In this document: positions 30,065 to 39,876 of the stretch, piece by piece
Numbering within the stretch: the first letter of the stretch is position 1
Layout: each line of letters starts with the position of its first letter
IMG/VR virus record: IMGVR_UViG_3300021963_000023
Location: 124,001-188,000 of that record
Reading direction: 5' to 3' (one strand)
DNA length: 64,000 nt
Notes under the pieces: model-generated
The model's database searches: none
What the model was told of the DNA's origin: nothing
The model's input: only the letters and a program-made list of their open reading frames with translations
Program-made: the position numbers and the translations under genes

Positions 30065-33000
30065 ATGGCAAAGAAGTTTTATGTAAAGATTGTTTCTGGT
30101 ACTGATGCTGGTCCTTATAATATTTATTATGATCAGGTTAATTCAGCAAATCTTGCAACCAATTTCGATACGTCATTTATTGCCAGTGGTGTTACACGTA
30201 GTGAATTAATATCAAGCTTAGGTGTACACATTAGCGTTCCAGATGGTGCAGTTAAAATAATTGTTTATAATACGAATAGTAGAGTAATTGCGGAGTGCCA
30301 ATCAAATATTGATGAAACTTTTCTACCAACTCCATTACCAACACCAACGCCTTCGCCTAGTCCTTCACCAAGCCCAAGTCCTAGCCCTTCGCCAACTCCG
30401 AGTGCAACTCCGAATTGTGATTTTGGGGTAGATATTATTGTATTAACTGCAACACCTACACCAACTCCGTCCACAACACCAAATGCTACACCAGGCCCAA
30501 CGGCAGGACCAACTCCAGCACCAACATCAACACCAAGTTCAACACCTTCACCAACAACTAATTGTGCATTTTTAATTAATACAACAGTTAATCATGCGCC
30601 AACAGATATATCGTTAAGTCACAATAGAATAAATGAAAATTCAGCAATTGGAACACTAGTTGGTTATTTATCAACAACATCAGGTGATAGTGGTGATATA
30701 CACGCATATTCTGTGGTAAATTCAGCCCCTTTTAGTATTATTAGTGATGGATTATATAGTTCAATATCGTTCAATTATGAGGTAGCAACTTCATATACAG
30801 TGGCAATCCGCACCACTGATAGTGTTGGTCAAACATATGATAAACAATTTACGGTTTATGTTGATAATGTTAATGAGGCGCCATATGGTATAAACATTTC
30901 TGGATCAATACCTGAGAATAGTTCAATAGGAACAACCGCAGGTACGTTATCTACTTTAGATCCGGATGCTGGCGATACATTTACATATAGTTTTATTAAT
31001 ACCGGTTCATATCCGGATAATAATAGTTTTAATTTATCTTCTGGTGGAGTATTAACATCAACAGCTGTTTTTGATCTTGAAACAAAAAGTTCATATCTAT
31101 TAAATGTAAGAACAACAGATTCTGGAGGTTTAACATATGATGGTCTTGTGTCTGTATCAGTAACTAATGTCAATGAACCACCAACAGGAATTGATTTATC
31201 ATCATCTTCAATATCTGAAAATGTTCCAACGGGAACTACCATTGGTACCCTTTCAACATATGATCCCGATGCTGGTGATACATTTACATATACCCTTATT
31301 GATCCTCTTCAATATCCAGACAATGTAAATTTTACAATTACAGGGGCGGTTTTAAAATCTAAATCTGTATTTAATTATGAGACAAAAGATACATACCTTA
31401 TAGGAGTTAGGTCAACAGATGCTTTAGGTTCATATGCTGATGAATTAATATATATTTACATAACAGATGTTGTTATAACGGCATCTAGGTCTTCAACAAA
31501 TGTCACTTGTAATGGTGGATCAGATGGTACAATAACAATATCTAGTATTGTTGGTGGGACTGGTAGTTACACATATTCAAAAAATGGTAGTACCTATCAA
31601 TCAAGTAATGTATTTACAGGTTTAACAGCTCAAACATATGCATTATATGTTAAAGATTCATATGGTGAAGTTGGTCAATTAACATCTCTAGCAATAACAC
31701 AACCAACAATAGTAAGTTTTACAGCAACTGGAACAGCACCAACGTGTAATGGTGGTTCAGATGGTTCAATAACATTATCTAGTGTTAGTGGAGGTGTTTC
31801 GCCATACACGTATTCTAAAGATGGTTCAACATATCAATCTGGTTTATCATTTACAGGTTTAACAAATGGTACGTATACAACATATGTTAAAGATGCTAGT
31901 GGATGTGTTAGAACAAATACCACTGGTTTAAATAGAACACAAGTAAGCGCAACAATATCACAATCAAATGTGGCATGTTACAATGGAACAACAGGTTCAA
32001 TTACAGTAAGTAGCGGTACTGGTGGATCAGGGTCCGGTTATCAATCAAAAATTGGTTCTGGAGGAACATATGCGAATTTACCAGTAACATATTCTAGTTT
32101 ATCTTCTGGTGCATATACAATATTTGTTAAAGATAGTTCTGATTGTGTTAATAGTTTTAGTATAACAATAACTCAACCAGCGACTCCAGTTAGTGCTAAT
32201 CCAGATACGAATATCGCACCAACTTGTTACAACGATAGTGATGGACAAGTTGCGTTTTATGGTAGTGGAGGAACATCACCATATACATATTCAATAGATG
32301 GTACAAATTATCAATCTAGTTATATATTCAGCAATTTATCAAATGGTAATTATACTGGTTATGTGAAAGATGCTAATGGTTGTATTGCAACAATTGTAAG
32401 AAATATTAATAGAAGTGCACCATCAGCATCATATAGTATTAGTAATGTTTCATGTAATGGTGGATCAAATGGTTCAATAGTTGTAAGTAGCGGTACTGGT
32501 GGATCAGGGGCTGGTTATCAAGCCAAAAAAGGTTCTGGAGGAACATATGCAAGTTTACCAGTAACCTATTCTAGTTTATCTGCGGGAACGTATACAATAT
32601 ATATTAAAGATAATTCAGGTTGTATTCAAACATACAATCAAACAATAACACAACCAAGTGCTGTATCAATATCGGTATCTGGTACAAATCCAACATGTTG
32701 GAACGGTAGTAATGGTTCAGTATCTGCTTCAGGTTCTGGCGGAACGGGTAGTTACACTTATTCAAAAGATGGAACAAACTATCAATCTAGCGGAACTTTT
32801 AGTAGTTTGGGTACTGGATATTATACAATCTATGTTAAAGACAGCAATGGTTGTATAACATATGATTATGTGTTATTATCTAAATCCGAACCAAATGCAA
32901 CAATATCTGTAACCAATCCAGTTTGTAACGCAGGAACGGGAACGATCGTTGTTTCTGGTGGTTCTGGAGGTTCAGGTTCGGGATACCAAGCAAAAAATGG

Positions 33001-34186
33001 TTCTGGTGGTACGTATGCGAACTTACCAGTAACCTATTCATCATTAGGTGGTGGCGCGTATACAATTTTCATTAAAGATGGCGCTGGTTGTGAACAATCA
33101 TATTCAGCAACTGTAACCATACCATCGGCAGTATCTGGTTCTTTTATTGGTGCGTCTTTTCCAACTTGTTCTTATTCATCAAATGGATCATTAACAGTTC
33201 AAGGTGGTGGCGGTACACCAAACGCATCCGGATACAAATATTCTATTAGTAGTAATGGTGGTTCATATTCCGCATATACCATATTTAAATCGTCACATAC
33301 GTTTAGTAGTTTAGTAAGTGGTAGTCACTCAATAATAGTTTTAGATAATGAGAGTTGTTATACAATTATTACATATAACCTAACAGTATCTGCTCCAGAA
33401 CTTGGAACAGTAACAACTACAAACGTTACTTGTAATGGTGGTTCAAATGGTGAAATTTCTGTGGTAAGTTTAATAGGTGGGTCATCACCTAGACAAGTTT
33501 CAATAGATGGAGAGACATTTCATTATCCACCTAAAGCATTTAGTAGTTTATATGCTGGGGAATATACATTATATGTAAGAGACGGGAATGGTTGTGAGAG
33601 TCAATATTACAGAACAATAAGTCAACCAAGCGCGCAAACAGTATCATTAAGTGTTGTAACAGCCCCAACCTGTGCAAGTGGTGTTGATGGAGTTATGGCT
33701 TTATCTTCTTCTGGTGGTGTGTTCCCTAAAACATATCGATTATATGAGGATACATCATTCCCTTATAATACTTGTGGAGGGGACTTGATTGGTACATATG
33801 GAACGGGTACATATGGTACAACATTTAATGTATCTGATTTAACTCCTGGAGGGTATTGTTTAGAAGTAACGGATGCGAATGGTTGTGTAACTAATAGTGG
33901 GGTGGTTGTATTAACACAATCTGCGGTTTATTACGCTTATCAAGTAATTAGATGTTCTAATGGTCAATATTCATCAATGACATCACCACATTTATTACCT
34001 AGTCAATTCTTAGGTGGCCTCAAGGCTGTTAAAATTAATGATGTATGTTGGCAGATCGATTATTATGCGACGACAACCTGTACACAAGAGACCCTTCATT
34101 TAATTGATGGTGAATATTCAGGATATTACGAAACATGTACTAGTTGTACAAGTGGTGGGCCTGGAGGAGGACAACAATACTTATAA
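30065..34186 (+). CDS. Adhesin-like virion protein: PT linker + 3 cadherin-like repeats + 10 SprB-type repeats + Cys-rich C-terminal domain
   Basis: Cadherin motifs (NEAP..I...ENS.IGT.G.L...DPDAGDTFTY...F(D/N)YE....VRTTD.G); SprB-type units (T.VTCNGGSDG.I.....GG...YTYS.DG..YQ....F..L..G.Y...VKD..GC); no signal peptide. Confidence 0.85.
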   Translation: MAKKFYVKIVSGTDAGPYNIYYDQVNSANLATNFDTSFIASGVTRSELISSLGVHISVPDGAVKIIVYNTNSRVIAECQSNIDETFLPTPLPTPTPSPSPSPSPSPSPSPTPSATPNCDFGVDIIVLTATPTPTPSTTPNATPGPTAGPTPAPTSTPSSTPSPTTNCAFLINTTVNHAPTDISLSHNRINENSAIGTLVGYLSTTSGDSGDIHAYSVVNSAPFSIISDGLYSSISFNYEVATSYTVAIRTTDSVGQTYDKQFTVYVDNVNEAPYGINISGSIPENSSIGTTAGTLSTLDPDAGDTFTYSFINTGSYPDNNSFNLSSGGVLTSTAVFDLETKSSYLLNVRTTDSGGLTYDGLVSVSVTNVNEPPTGIDLSSSSISENVPTGTTIGTLSTYDPDAGDTFTYTLIDPLQYPDNVNFTITGAVLKSKSVFNYETKDTYLIGVRSTDALGSYADELIYIYITDVVITASRSSTNVTCNGGSDGTITISSIVGGTGSYTYSKNGSTYQSSNVFTGLTAQTYALYVKDSYGEVGQLTSLAITQPTIVSFTATGTAPTCNGGSDGSITLSSVSGGVSPYTYSKDGSTYQSGLSFTGLTNGTYTTYVKDASGCVRTNTTGLNRTQVSATISQSNVACYNGTTGSITVSSGTGGSGSGYQSKIGSGGTYANLPVTYSSLSSGAYTIFVKDSSDCVNSFSITITQPATPVSANPDTNIAPTCYNDSDGQVAFYGSGGTSPYTYSIDGTNYQSSYIFSNLSNGNYTGYVKDANGCIATIVRNINRSAPSASYSISNVSCNGGSNGSIVVSSGTGGSGAGYQAKKGSGGTYASLPVTYSSLSAGTYTIYIKDNSGCIQTYNQTITQPSAVSISVSGTNPTCWNGSNGSVSASGSGGTGSYTYSKDGTNYQSSGTFSSLGTGYYTIYVKDSNGCITYDYVLLSKSEPNATISVTNPVCNAGTGTIVVSGGSGGSGSGYQAKNGSGGTYANLPVTYSSLGGGAYTIFIKDGAGCEQSYSATVTIPSAVSGSFIGASFPTCSYSSNGSLTVQGGGGTPNASGYKYSISSNGGSYSAYTIFKSSHTFSSLVSGSHSIIVLDNESCYTIITYNLTVSAPELGTVTTTNVTCNGGSNGEISVVSLIGGSSPRQVSIDGETFHYPPKAFSSLYAGEYTLYVRDGNGCESQYYRTISQPSAQTVSLSVVTAPTCASGVDGVMALSSSGGVFPKTYRLYEDTSFPYNTCGGDLIGTYGTGTYGTTFNVSDLTPGGYCLEVTDANGCVTNSGVVVLTQSAVYYAYQVIRCSNGQYSSMTSPHLLPSQFLGGLKAVKINDVCWQIDYYATTTCTQETLHLIDGEYSGYYETCTSCTSGGPGGGQQYL
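30590..31471 (+). repeat. Three tandem cadherin-like repeats
   Basis: Units begin NHAPTDI, NEAPYGI, NEPPTGI. Confidence 0.8.
31480..33920 (+). repeat. Ten tandem SprB-type repeats (~80 aa each)
   Basis: Cys-Asn/Gly starts TCNGGSDG, TCNGGSDG, ACYNGTTG, TCYNDSDG, SCNGGSNG, TCWNGSNG, VCNAGTG, TCSYSSNG, TCNGGSNG, TCASGVDG. Confidence 0.8.
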
Positions 34187-34229
34187 AAAAAACAAAATAA
34201 ACAGATATTTATAATAAAAAAAGAAGACA

Positions 34230-34805
34230 ATGCAAATTACATTCACATTAAGTCCAAGTTATACAGGATCAACATACGTTGCTGGTCCTTTTAATATTTC
34301 AGGTACAACCAGCGCAGGAACAACCTATTGGTTAGTAACTGGTGTTACAAAATCACAATTAACAACTGGTCACACAATAACCACAGCATATGAAACTCTA
34401 ACAGGTGGAACTATTGCTAGTACTGGAACATGCACAACAACTCAACCATGGTATGTTACAACACCATCACCGACACCGACACCAACAGCAACAGAAAGTG
34501 GTGTAGCATTAACAGCGGTAGGGCTTCAAGGTCCATATCAAACTTGTGCAAACGCATGTTCAGCATATAATTCAAACCCGTCATTTACACAATTCTATAT
34601 GACAACAAATGACTTTAATGGATTGGCGTCACTTAATGGCACATTGTACACACAAAATATTGCTAGTCCAAGTAACTATGTAAATGCTGGATGGTATTAT
34701 CATAATTCTAGTTATATTATAGAGGTTGGGCAAAGTGGTGTTGTTCAGGCTACTATGTATCAATGTCAACCAAATGGACAATGCGGCGGAGGTGTTATAA
34801 ATTAA
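34230..34805 (+). CDS. Small virion fibre/decoration protein with PT linker
   Basis: N-terminal domain (AGPFNISG) resembles N-terminus of 30065 (AGPYNIYY); PT linker; Cys-containing C-terminus; own TATTTATA. Confidence 0.6.
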   Translation: MQITFTLSPSYTGSTYVAGPFNISGTTSAGTTYWLVTGVTKSQLTTGHTITTAYETLTGGTIASTGTCTTTQPWYVTTPSPTPTPTATESGVALTAVGLQGPYQTCANACSAYNSNPSFTQFYMTTNDFNGLASLNGTLYTQNIASPSNYVNAGWYYHNSSYIIEVGQSGVVQATMYQCQPNGQCGGGVIN

Positions 34806-34828
34806 TTAGGTTCAATTTTAATATTATT

Positions 34829-34856
34829 AAAACCCCTTTATTTAAAGGGGTTTTTT
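34829..34856. terminator. Intrinsic terminator (possibly bidirectional)
   Basis: aaaaccccttta/taaaggggtttt perfect stem flanked by A and T runs. Confidence 0.85.
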
Positions 34857-34889
34857 ATTTAAATTTTTAATTATTGTATTTATAGTAAT

Positions 34890-36503
34890 ATGGGATTAAA
34901 CATAAGATTATACGGGATAAATTCACCGAAGGCTTTTACCTTATCATATAAAACTGGTAAAACTGCTGGTAATGAGTCTGTTATAGCAACAGGGTACACA
35001 TCTTATGGTTCATTATATCCCACTAGTATATCAAGAAATTATACAAATGATCCAATTATTTTTACAAATGCATCTTTTGATACACAATATTGGTTTAAGT
35101 TAACATATACTGGAGATACTGGTGATGTAAATTATTACGTTCAAAATATATTTACAAATGAAGCTGAAGTTTATGATAATTGTATAAATTGTTGTTACTT
35201 CCCTAATGTTGGAACAGCATCTTTTGTACCACCACCAACTGCAACACCAGCCGCCACACCAGGACCAACACCAGGACCAACACCAGGACCAACACCAGGA
35301 CCAACACCAGGTGCTACACCAGCAGCTACACCAGCCGCAACTCCTGCAGCTACCCCTGCAGCAACACCAGCTCCAACGGCAACGGCAACGACACCAGGAG
35401 CAACACCAGGACCAACAGCGGGACCAACTCCTGGGCCAACAGCGGGAGCAACACCACTGCCAACACCAACAGTTACTGCAACAGCATTACCTGGAACTTG
35501 TTATACTATGGTTTTCCCAACATCAGTTACAACTTTTGACGGAAAAACATTATATATAAATTATCAAAAAACAGATGATACATATGCTTCTTGGCCATAT
35601 TCACAATATGAAGATTCTGGATCAAACAGCCCTAGCATAACAATTAAAATATGTTCTAAAACATATCCAACTCTTAAATATGGTCCATCAGGTGATCAAC
35701 TTGTACCGGATGCGAACTTTACTATTACTTCTGGTGCAGGTTGTACAACTAGCACCAATTGCGGAGGTAGCGATCCAGTAACACCACCACCAACAGCAAC
35801 AGCCCCAGTAATTACGAATGCTAGTGGTGATTGTTATAAATGGTCAGTTAGTGATGGAAATAGTAATTCAGGAATGACAGTAACGTATACACCGTTAAAT
35901 ACTAACACACCAATAACAACTAATGTTAACATGGTTGAAAGTGATACACAATATTATTATATATGTTCTAAAACTATAGCGGATTTCAGATCGGGTGGTA
36001 ACCAAACAGTATTCCCATCAATACAAGATGGAACATGTAGTTTAGTTGATGGGGTATTTAGTGGTTGTCAAACACCTGCACCAGGACCAACACCAGGACC
36101 AACACCAGGATCAACACCAGCACCAACGCCAACACAAACGGCAGCACCAGGAACACCATGTATTTCAATAACCGAATATTCGTCACAACAGAATACTGAA
36201 TGTCTACTTAATACTGTACCATATTATTATACCACAATTACAGCATTATTAACCAATGGTAATGGTAATGCAATGAATGCTGTTGGTGATGTGTATGCTT
36301 ATGTTAGTGTTACGGAAAATTTCCTTTATCAGCAGGAAAGAACAGTTAATTATGATATTAAAATATTGAATGGAACAAGTTCAGCACAACTTACCGTTGT
36401 AACAGAAATACCAGTAGATAATGGACAAGGTAATTGTGAAAATGAAAGAAGAACAATAAATTCTTATAGTACACAGGCTGGATACAGTATATGTACACCT
36501 TAA
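34890..36503 (+). CDS. Pro/Thr/Ala-rich multidomain fibre/decoration protein
   Basis: TPGP/TPAA linkers separating small Cys-containing domains; own TATTTATA. Confidence 0.65.
   Translation: MGLNIRLYGINSPKAFTLSYKTGKTAGNESVIATGYTSYGSLYPTSISRNYTNDPIIFTNASFDTQYWFKLTYTGDTGDVNYYVQNIFTNEAEVYDNCINCCYFPNVGTASFVPPPTATPAATPGPTPGPTPGPTPGPTPGATPAATPAATPAATPAATPAPTATATTPGATPGPTAGPTPGPTAGATPLPTPTVTATALPGTCYTMVFPTSVTTFDGKTLYINYQKTDDTYASWPYSQYEDSGSNSPSITIKICSKTYPTLKYGPSGDQLVPDANFTITSGAGCTTSTNCGGSDPVTPPPTATAPVITNASGDCYKWSVSDGNSNSGMTVTYTPLNTNTPITTNVNMVESDTQYYYICSKTIADFRSGGNQTVFPSIQDGTCSLVDGVFSGCQTPAPGPTPGPTPGSTPAPTPTQTAAPGTPCISITEYSSQQNTECLLNTVPYYYTTITALLTNGNGNAMNAVGDVYAYVSVTENFLYQQERTVNYDIKILNGTSSAQLTVVTEIPVDNGQGNCENERRTINSYSTQAGYSICTP
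35256..35311 (+). repeat. Perfect 12-bp tandem repeat ACACCAGGACCA x4.7 (TPGP)
   Basis: Copies at 35256, 35268, 35280, 35292 plus a partial; the same unit recurs near 36080-36110. Confidence 0.9.
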
Positions 36504-36534
36504 TAATAAAATTAAAAAAAGATATTTATAGTAT

Positions 36535-37698
36535 ATGGCATATACAGCATTAGTAGGTTTAGGATCACAAATTGGTGTGGGAATTACATCGGTAAAATTA
36601 TATCAATGTGGTACTAATTGTACTAGCTGTACGTCAATAACAAACTATACTAATGTTGCTGTTTCATCTTTTAATTCACCGGGCTTATTGGTTACAGGAA
36701 TAACTGATGGTTCAACATGTATTAAAGCAGAACCAGTTGGTGTTTGTAGCGGCTCAACACAGTGTATTATAGTTTCTGGTATACCAGGACCAACACCTAG
36801 TCCAACAGTACCTCCAGCAACACCAGGAACAACACCAGCAGCTACACCAGCAGCTACACCAGCACCTACACCAGCTCCAACGGCAACAGTAACAACACCT
36901 GGTGCAACACCAGCTCCAACGGCAACGGCAACAGTACCAGCCGCAACACCAACACCAACAGCAACGGCGTTACCTGGTTGTGGTTCTACAGTAACCGGCA
37001 CTTACAATCTAAGTGGATTTACAACACAAACAGTTAATTTAAATTTCTCTGGAGCTGTGAATGGTGGACTGATTACTGTACATTATACAGCAAATTCAAG
37101 ACCTGATAGATTCTCAATTAAAAAGAACGGATTAAGTATTGTTGCAAATAGTGGATGGGTTGGTTCAGACTCTAATTATTCAGGGCCATGGGATCTAAAT
37201 GGAATAGAGGATGCAGATGGTGACGGTTACATGACGTTTACTTATGACAATTCAGCAACTTACCAATTATTAGTTGATGTGGGTAATGCAAACCCATCTA
37301 ATATTTTAGATGATTCTTGGTCTGTAACATTTAACTGTGCTCCAGGACCAACACCAACACCAACAACACCACCACTTTATGGTTATTTCAGAAGTACAAA
37401 TAGAACACTTACCAGTGAATTCTGTGTAAACCCTGGATTCATAACAAGTGCACAGTGGTATAGTACGGGAAGTACCTTAAGTACCGCAATTGGATATAAT
37501 ATAGTTTATTCAGACACAAATTACACGGTATTTAATGGAAGTAGTTTATGGTATGCCGTAACTCAAGATGGTTCGTTTAACACATACACCGGTGGACAAT
37601 TTAACGCAGTTCAAATTGATTCAAATGGGTATATTATTTCAACAGCACTTATAAATTGTAGCAGCGGCGGAGGCGGCGGTGGTGGTGGTTTAACATAA
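36535..37698 (+). CDS. Pro/Thr/Ala-rich multidomain fibre/decoration protein with Gly-rich tail
   Basis: Cys-rich N-terminal domain, TPAA linker, beta-rich domain; own TATTTATA. Confidence 0.65.
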   Translation: MAYTALVGLGSQIGVGITSVKLYQCGTNCTSCTSITNYTNVAVSSFNSPGLLVTGITDGSTCIKAEPVGVCSGSTQCIIVSGIPGPTPSPTVPPATPGTTPAATPAATPAPTPAPTATVTTPGATPAPTATATVPAATPTPTATALPGCGSTVTGTYNLSGFTTQTVNLNFSGAVNGGLITVHYTANSRPDRFSIKKNGLSIVANSGWVGSDSNYSGPWDLNGIEDADGDGYMTFTYDNSATYQLLVDVGNANPSNILDDSWSVTFNCAPGPTPTPTTPPLYGYFRSTNRTLTSEFCVNPGFITSAQWYSTGSTLSTAIGYNIVYSDTNYTVFNGSSLWYAVTQDGSFNTYTGGQFNAVQIDSNGYIISTALINCSSGGGGGGGGLT

Positions 37699-37715
37699 AA
37701 TTAATGATATAAAAT

Positions 37716-39836
37716 ATGAGCTTTTTAAATAGTAATAATTCAGAGTTCTTGTCAGCAAGAATAACAAAAAAGGGTAGACAATCTATCGCTGAAGGTAATT
37801 TTAATATAAAATATTTTCAGATTGGAGATTCCGAATTTGACTATAATGTTAAATTTGGTGGATTTACCGGTGCAATAACTGGTGGGACAAGAGCTCCACA
37901 TCAAAGAATATTGGCACCAGTTGATGGTGATCAACATGTTAAATATCCTTACTTAATAGATGCAAATGAATTATTAAACTTTGGTAATGCTGCACAACAA
38001 TCATATGTTGACACATTAAAAAATCCAATGGGGCCAGCGGGATTTGTTTCACAATATATTCCATATAATGCTAGTCCATGTACTGGATCAACGGTTGAAT
38101 GTTTAAGTAAAAAAATAGATTTATCTGTAATTGGTGGCGGAAGTATTTTATCGGTTACCGGTGCAACAGATTTTTCTGAATGTCAATATATTACATTAGT
38201 TTTTAAAGCAGATTTTGTTGGATCGGAATATACTATAAGTGGAAACACTCAAAGTTTAGTTTATAAAATAAGTGGCACCAGTACAAATGAAATTTATTTG
38301 GATAGAAATATGCCAAATTTTTCAGGTCAAACAGGAACCGTTAGAGTTGTATGTAACAAATGTAAATTAGATCATCCACAAGATACATTAGTCGCTGATG
38401 TTTGTTCACCACTTCAACCGGATAATTTAGCACAACACGATCCATGGCAATTAGAATTAGTTTGGACAGAAGAACCAGCTGGTTTGGATACAACATCCGA
38501 TGATGAATATATTTCCGGATATACTGGTTCACAACTTGCATCATTAAAAGAATATCTTGGATATACCACAAATACTGGACAAACATTTACAAATACAACT
38601 GGTGGAACAATAACTAATCCAACTTCGTATACAAATACATTTGGAGAAAAAATTGATATAACACCATCTAAACAAAGAGCTATCGCTGTTATTCATTATT
38701 CTGAATTGGGGGACATTGTTAATGACCCAGAAAGATTTTTTAAATATGATGACTATATAGCTCATGGAACACTAGATAACGAAACATTATATGGAGAACA
38801 AATATCTGATGCGGAATATTTCCAGGTTTATATCCCATTTTTATTATATCATAGAAATACCGGTTCTACAATTGGAGCAGTATTTACTATGGGTACAACT
38901 GATTATTATGTATCATCGGCTTTAAATACAAAACCCAATACTAACAATCTTAAATTTAGATATCTAGTAGATCAACAAGGTGTTAATGTTGGTAAAGTTT
39001 TTGTTGATAAAAAAATTATTGTTTTTGATGATCAAGAATTAGTTGCTGCTTTAGATTATAAATCAAATAGAAAATGGACATTACCTGCACCAAGGTTTAG
39101 TACAGTACCGGTTGACTTACCAACGTTCTATGATTTAGATCAAGTAATTTCAACAGGTCAAACTGCTTGGGTAACATACATGTTTCAAAATACATCTACA
39201 ACAGGTATCACTGGTATGCATTGCAATTACTATGGTGAAATTACCGGATCAACAAATTCTAACATTGGATTTAAATTTAATACTGGTGAATTCAAATTTT
39301 TAAGTAGCACTTCTCAATTTGATGGATTTACTGCTAATAAGTTTTATGGTTTAGTACAAGTTACAACAACAGGTCAACGGCCATCTCCTAACGGTTGGAA
39401 AAGAATCGATTTAACATCTCAAATTTCTGGACATACTGTTGGTAATTTAATAAATAAAGTAAACATGTGTGGTTATCAGTTTGTAGTTACTGGCGATATG
39501 GTTAGTGCTGGATCAATATATGATTTAGAATCGTTCTTAGGTGGTTTACCAGATAAAACGCAAACAACCTTACCACAATTTGGTGACACTCAACCATTTC
39601 CAGGTAGTATAAAGTTAACTAGAGCAACAGACGTGCAAGTTTTAAATTTCATGGTAAATCTACCATCATCTCAATTTATTACAACGCAAAACCCTACCTA
39701 CGTAACAGGACAACAAAAAAGAATTACTGAAGTTGCTTTATTAAATGATAATAAAGAACCATTAGTAATGGCTAAATGTCCAAAACCAGTTCAAAGAATT
39801 GGAAATCAAGTATTTTCTGTTAGGTTGGATTTCTAA
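37716..39836 (+). CDS. Baseplate/tail-collar fibre attachment protein (P2 gpH N-terminal / DUF3751-like motifs at both ends)
   Basis: N-terminal ITKKGRQSIAEG...YFQIGDSE and C-terminal ITEVALLNDNKEPLVMAK..KP match the two halves of the tail-collar domain. Confidence 0.55.
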   Translation: MSFLNSNNSEFLSARITKKGRQSIAEGNFNIKYFQIGDSEFDYNVKFGGFTGAITGGTRAPHQRILAPVDGDQHVKYPYLIDANELLNFGNAAQQSYVDTLKNPMGPAGFVSQYIPYNASPCTGSTVECLSKKIDLSVIGGGSILSVTGATDFSECQYITLVFKADFVGSEYTISGNTQSLVYKISGTSTNEIYLDRNMPNFSGQTGTVRVVCNKCKLDHPQDTLVADVCSPLQPDNLAQHDPWQLELVWTEEPAGLDTTSDDEYISGYTGSQLASLKEYLGYTTNTGQTFTNTTGGTITNPTSYTNTFGEKIDITPSKQRAIAVIHYSELGDIVNDPERFFKYDDYIAHGTLDNETLYGEQISDAEYFQVYIPFLLYHRNTGSTIGAVFTMGTTDYYVSSALNTKPNTNNLKFRYLVDQQGVNVGKVFVDKKIIVFDDQELVAALDYKSNRKWTLPAPRFSTVPVDLPTFYDLDQVISTGQTAWVTYMFQNTSTTGITGMHCNYYGEITGSTNSNIGFKFNTGEFKFLSSTSQFDGFTANKFYGLVQVTTTGQRPSPNGWKRIDLTSQISGHTVGNLINKVNMCGYQFVVTGDMVSAGSIYDLESFLGGLPDKTQTTLPQFGDTQPFPGSIKLTRATDVQVLNFMVNLPSSQFITTQNPTYVTGQQKRITEVALLNDNKEPLVMAKCPKPVQRIGNQVFSVRLDF

Positions 39837-39876
39837 AAGGCTTTACAATAATTTTATTTTTCCATATAATTGATAT

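Noticed and set aside
31990-33080. Near-identical repeats 3/5/7 as possible DGR template/variable repeats
   Set aside because: Mismatches are not adenine-specific, all copies are coding, and there is no reverse transcriptase in the window.
27405-37001. Minus-strand and alternate-frame ORFs (GVGVGV- or HQ-rich; e.g. 27405-28025, 28209-28643, 30265-30474, 35206-35559, 36645-37001)
   Set aside because: Shadow ORFs caused by Pro/Thr codon repeats lacking stops in other frames.
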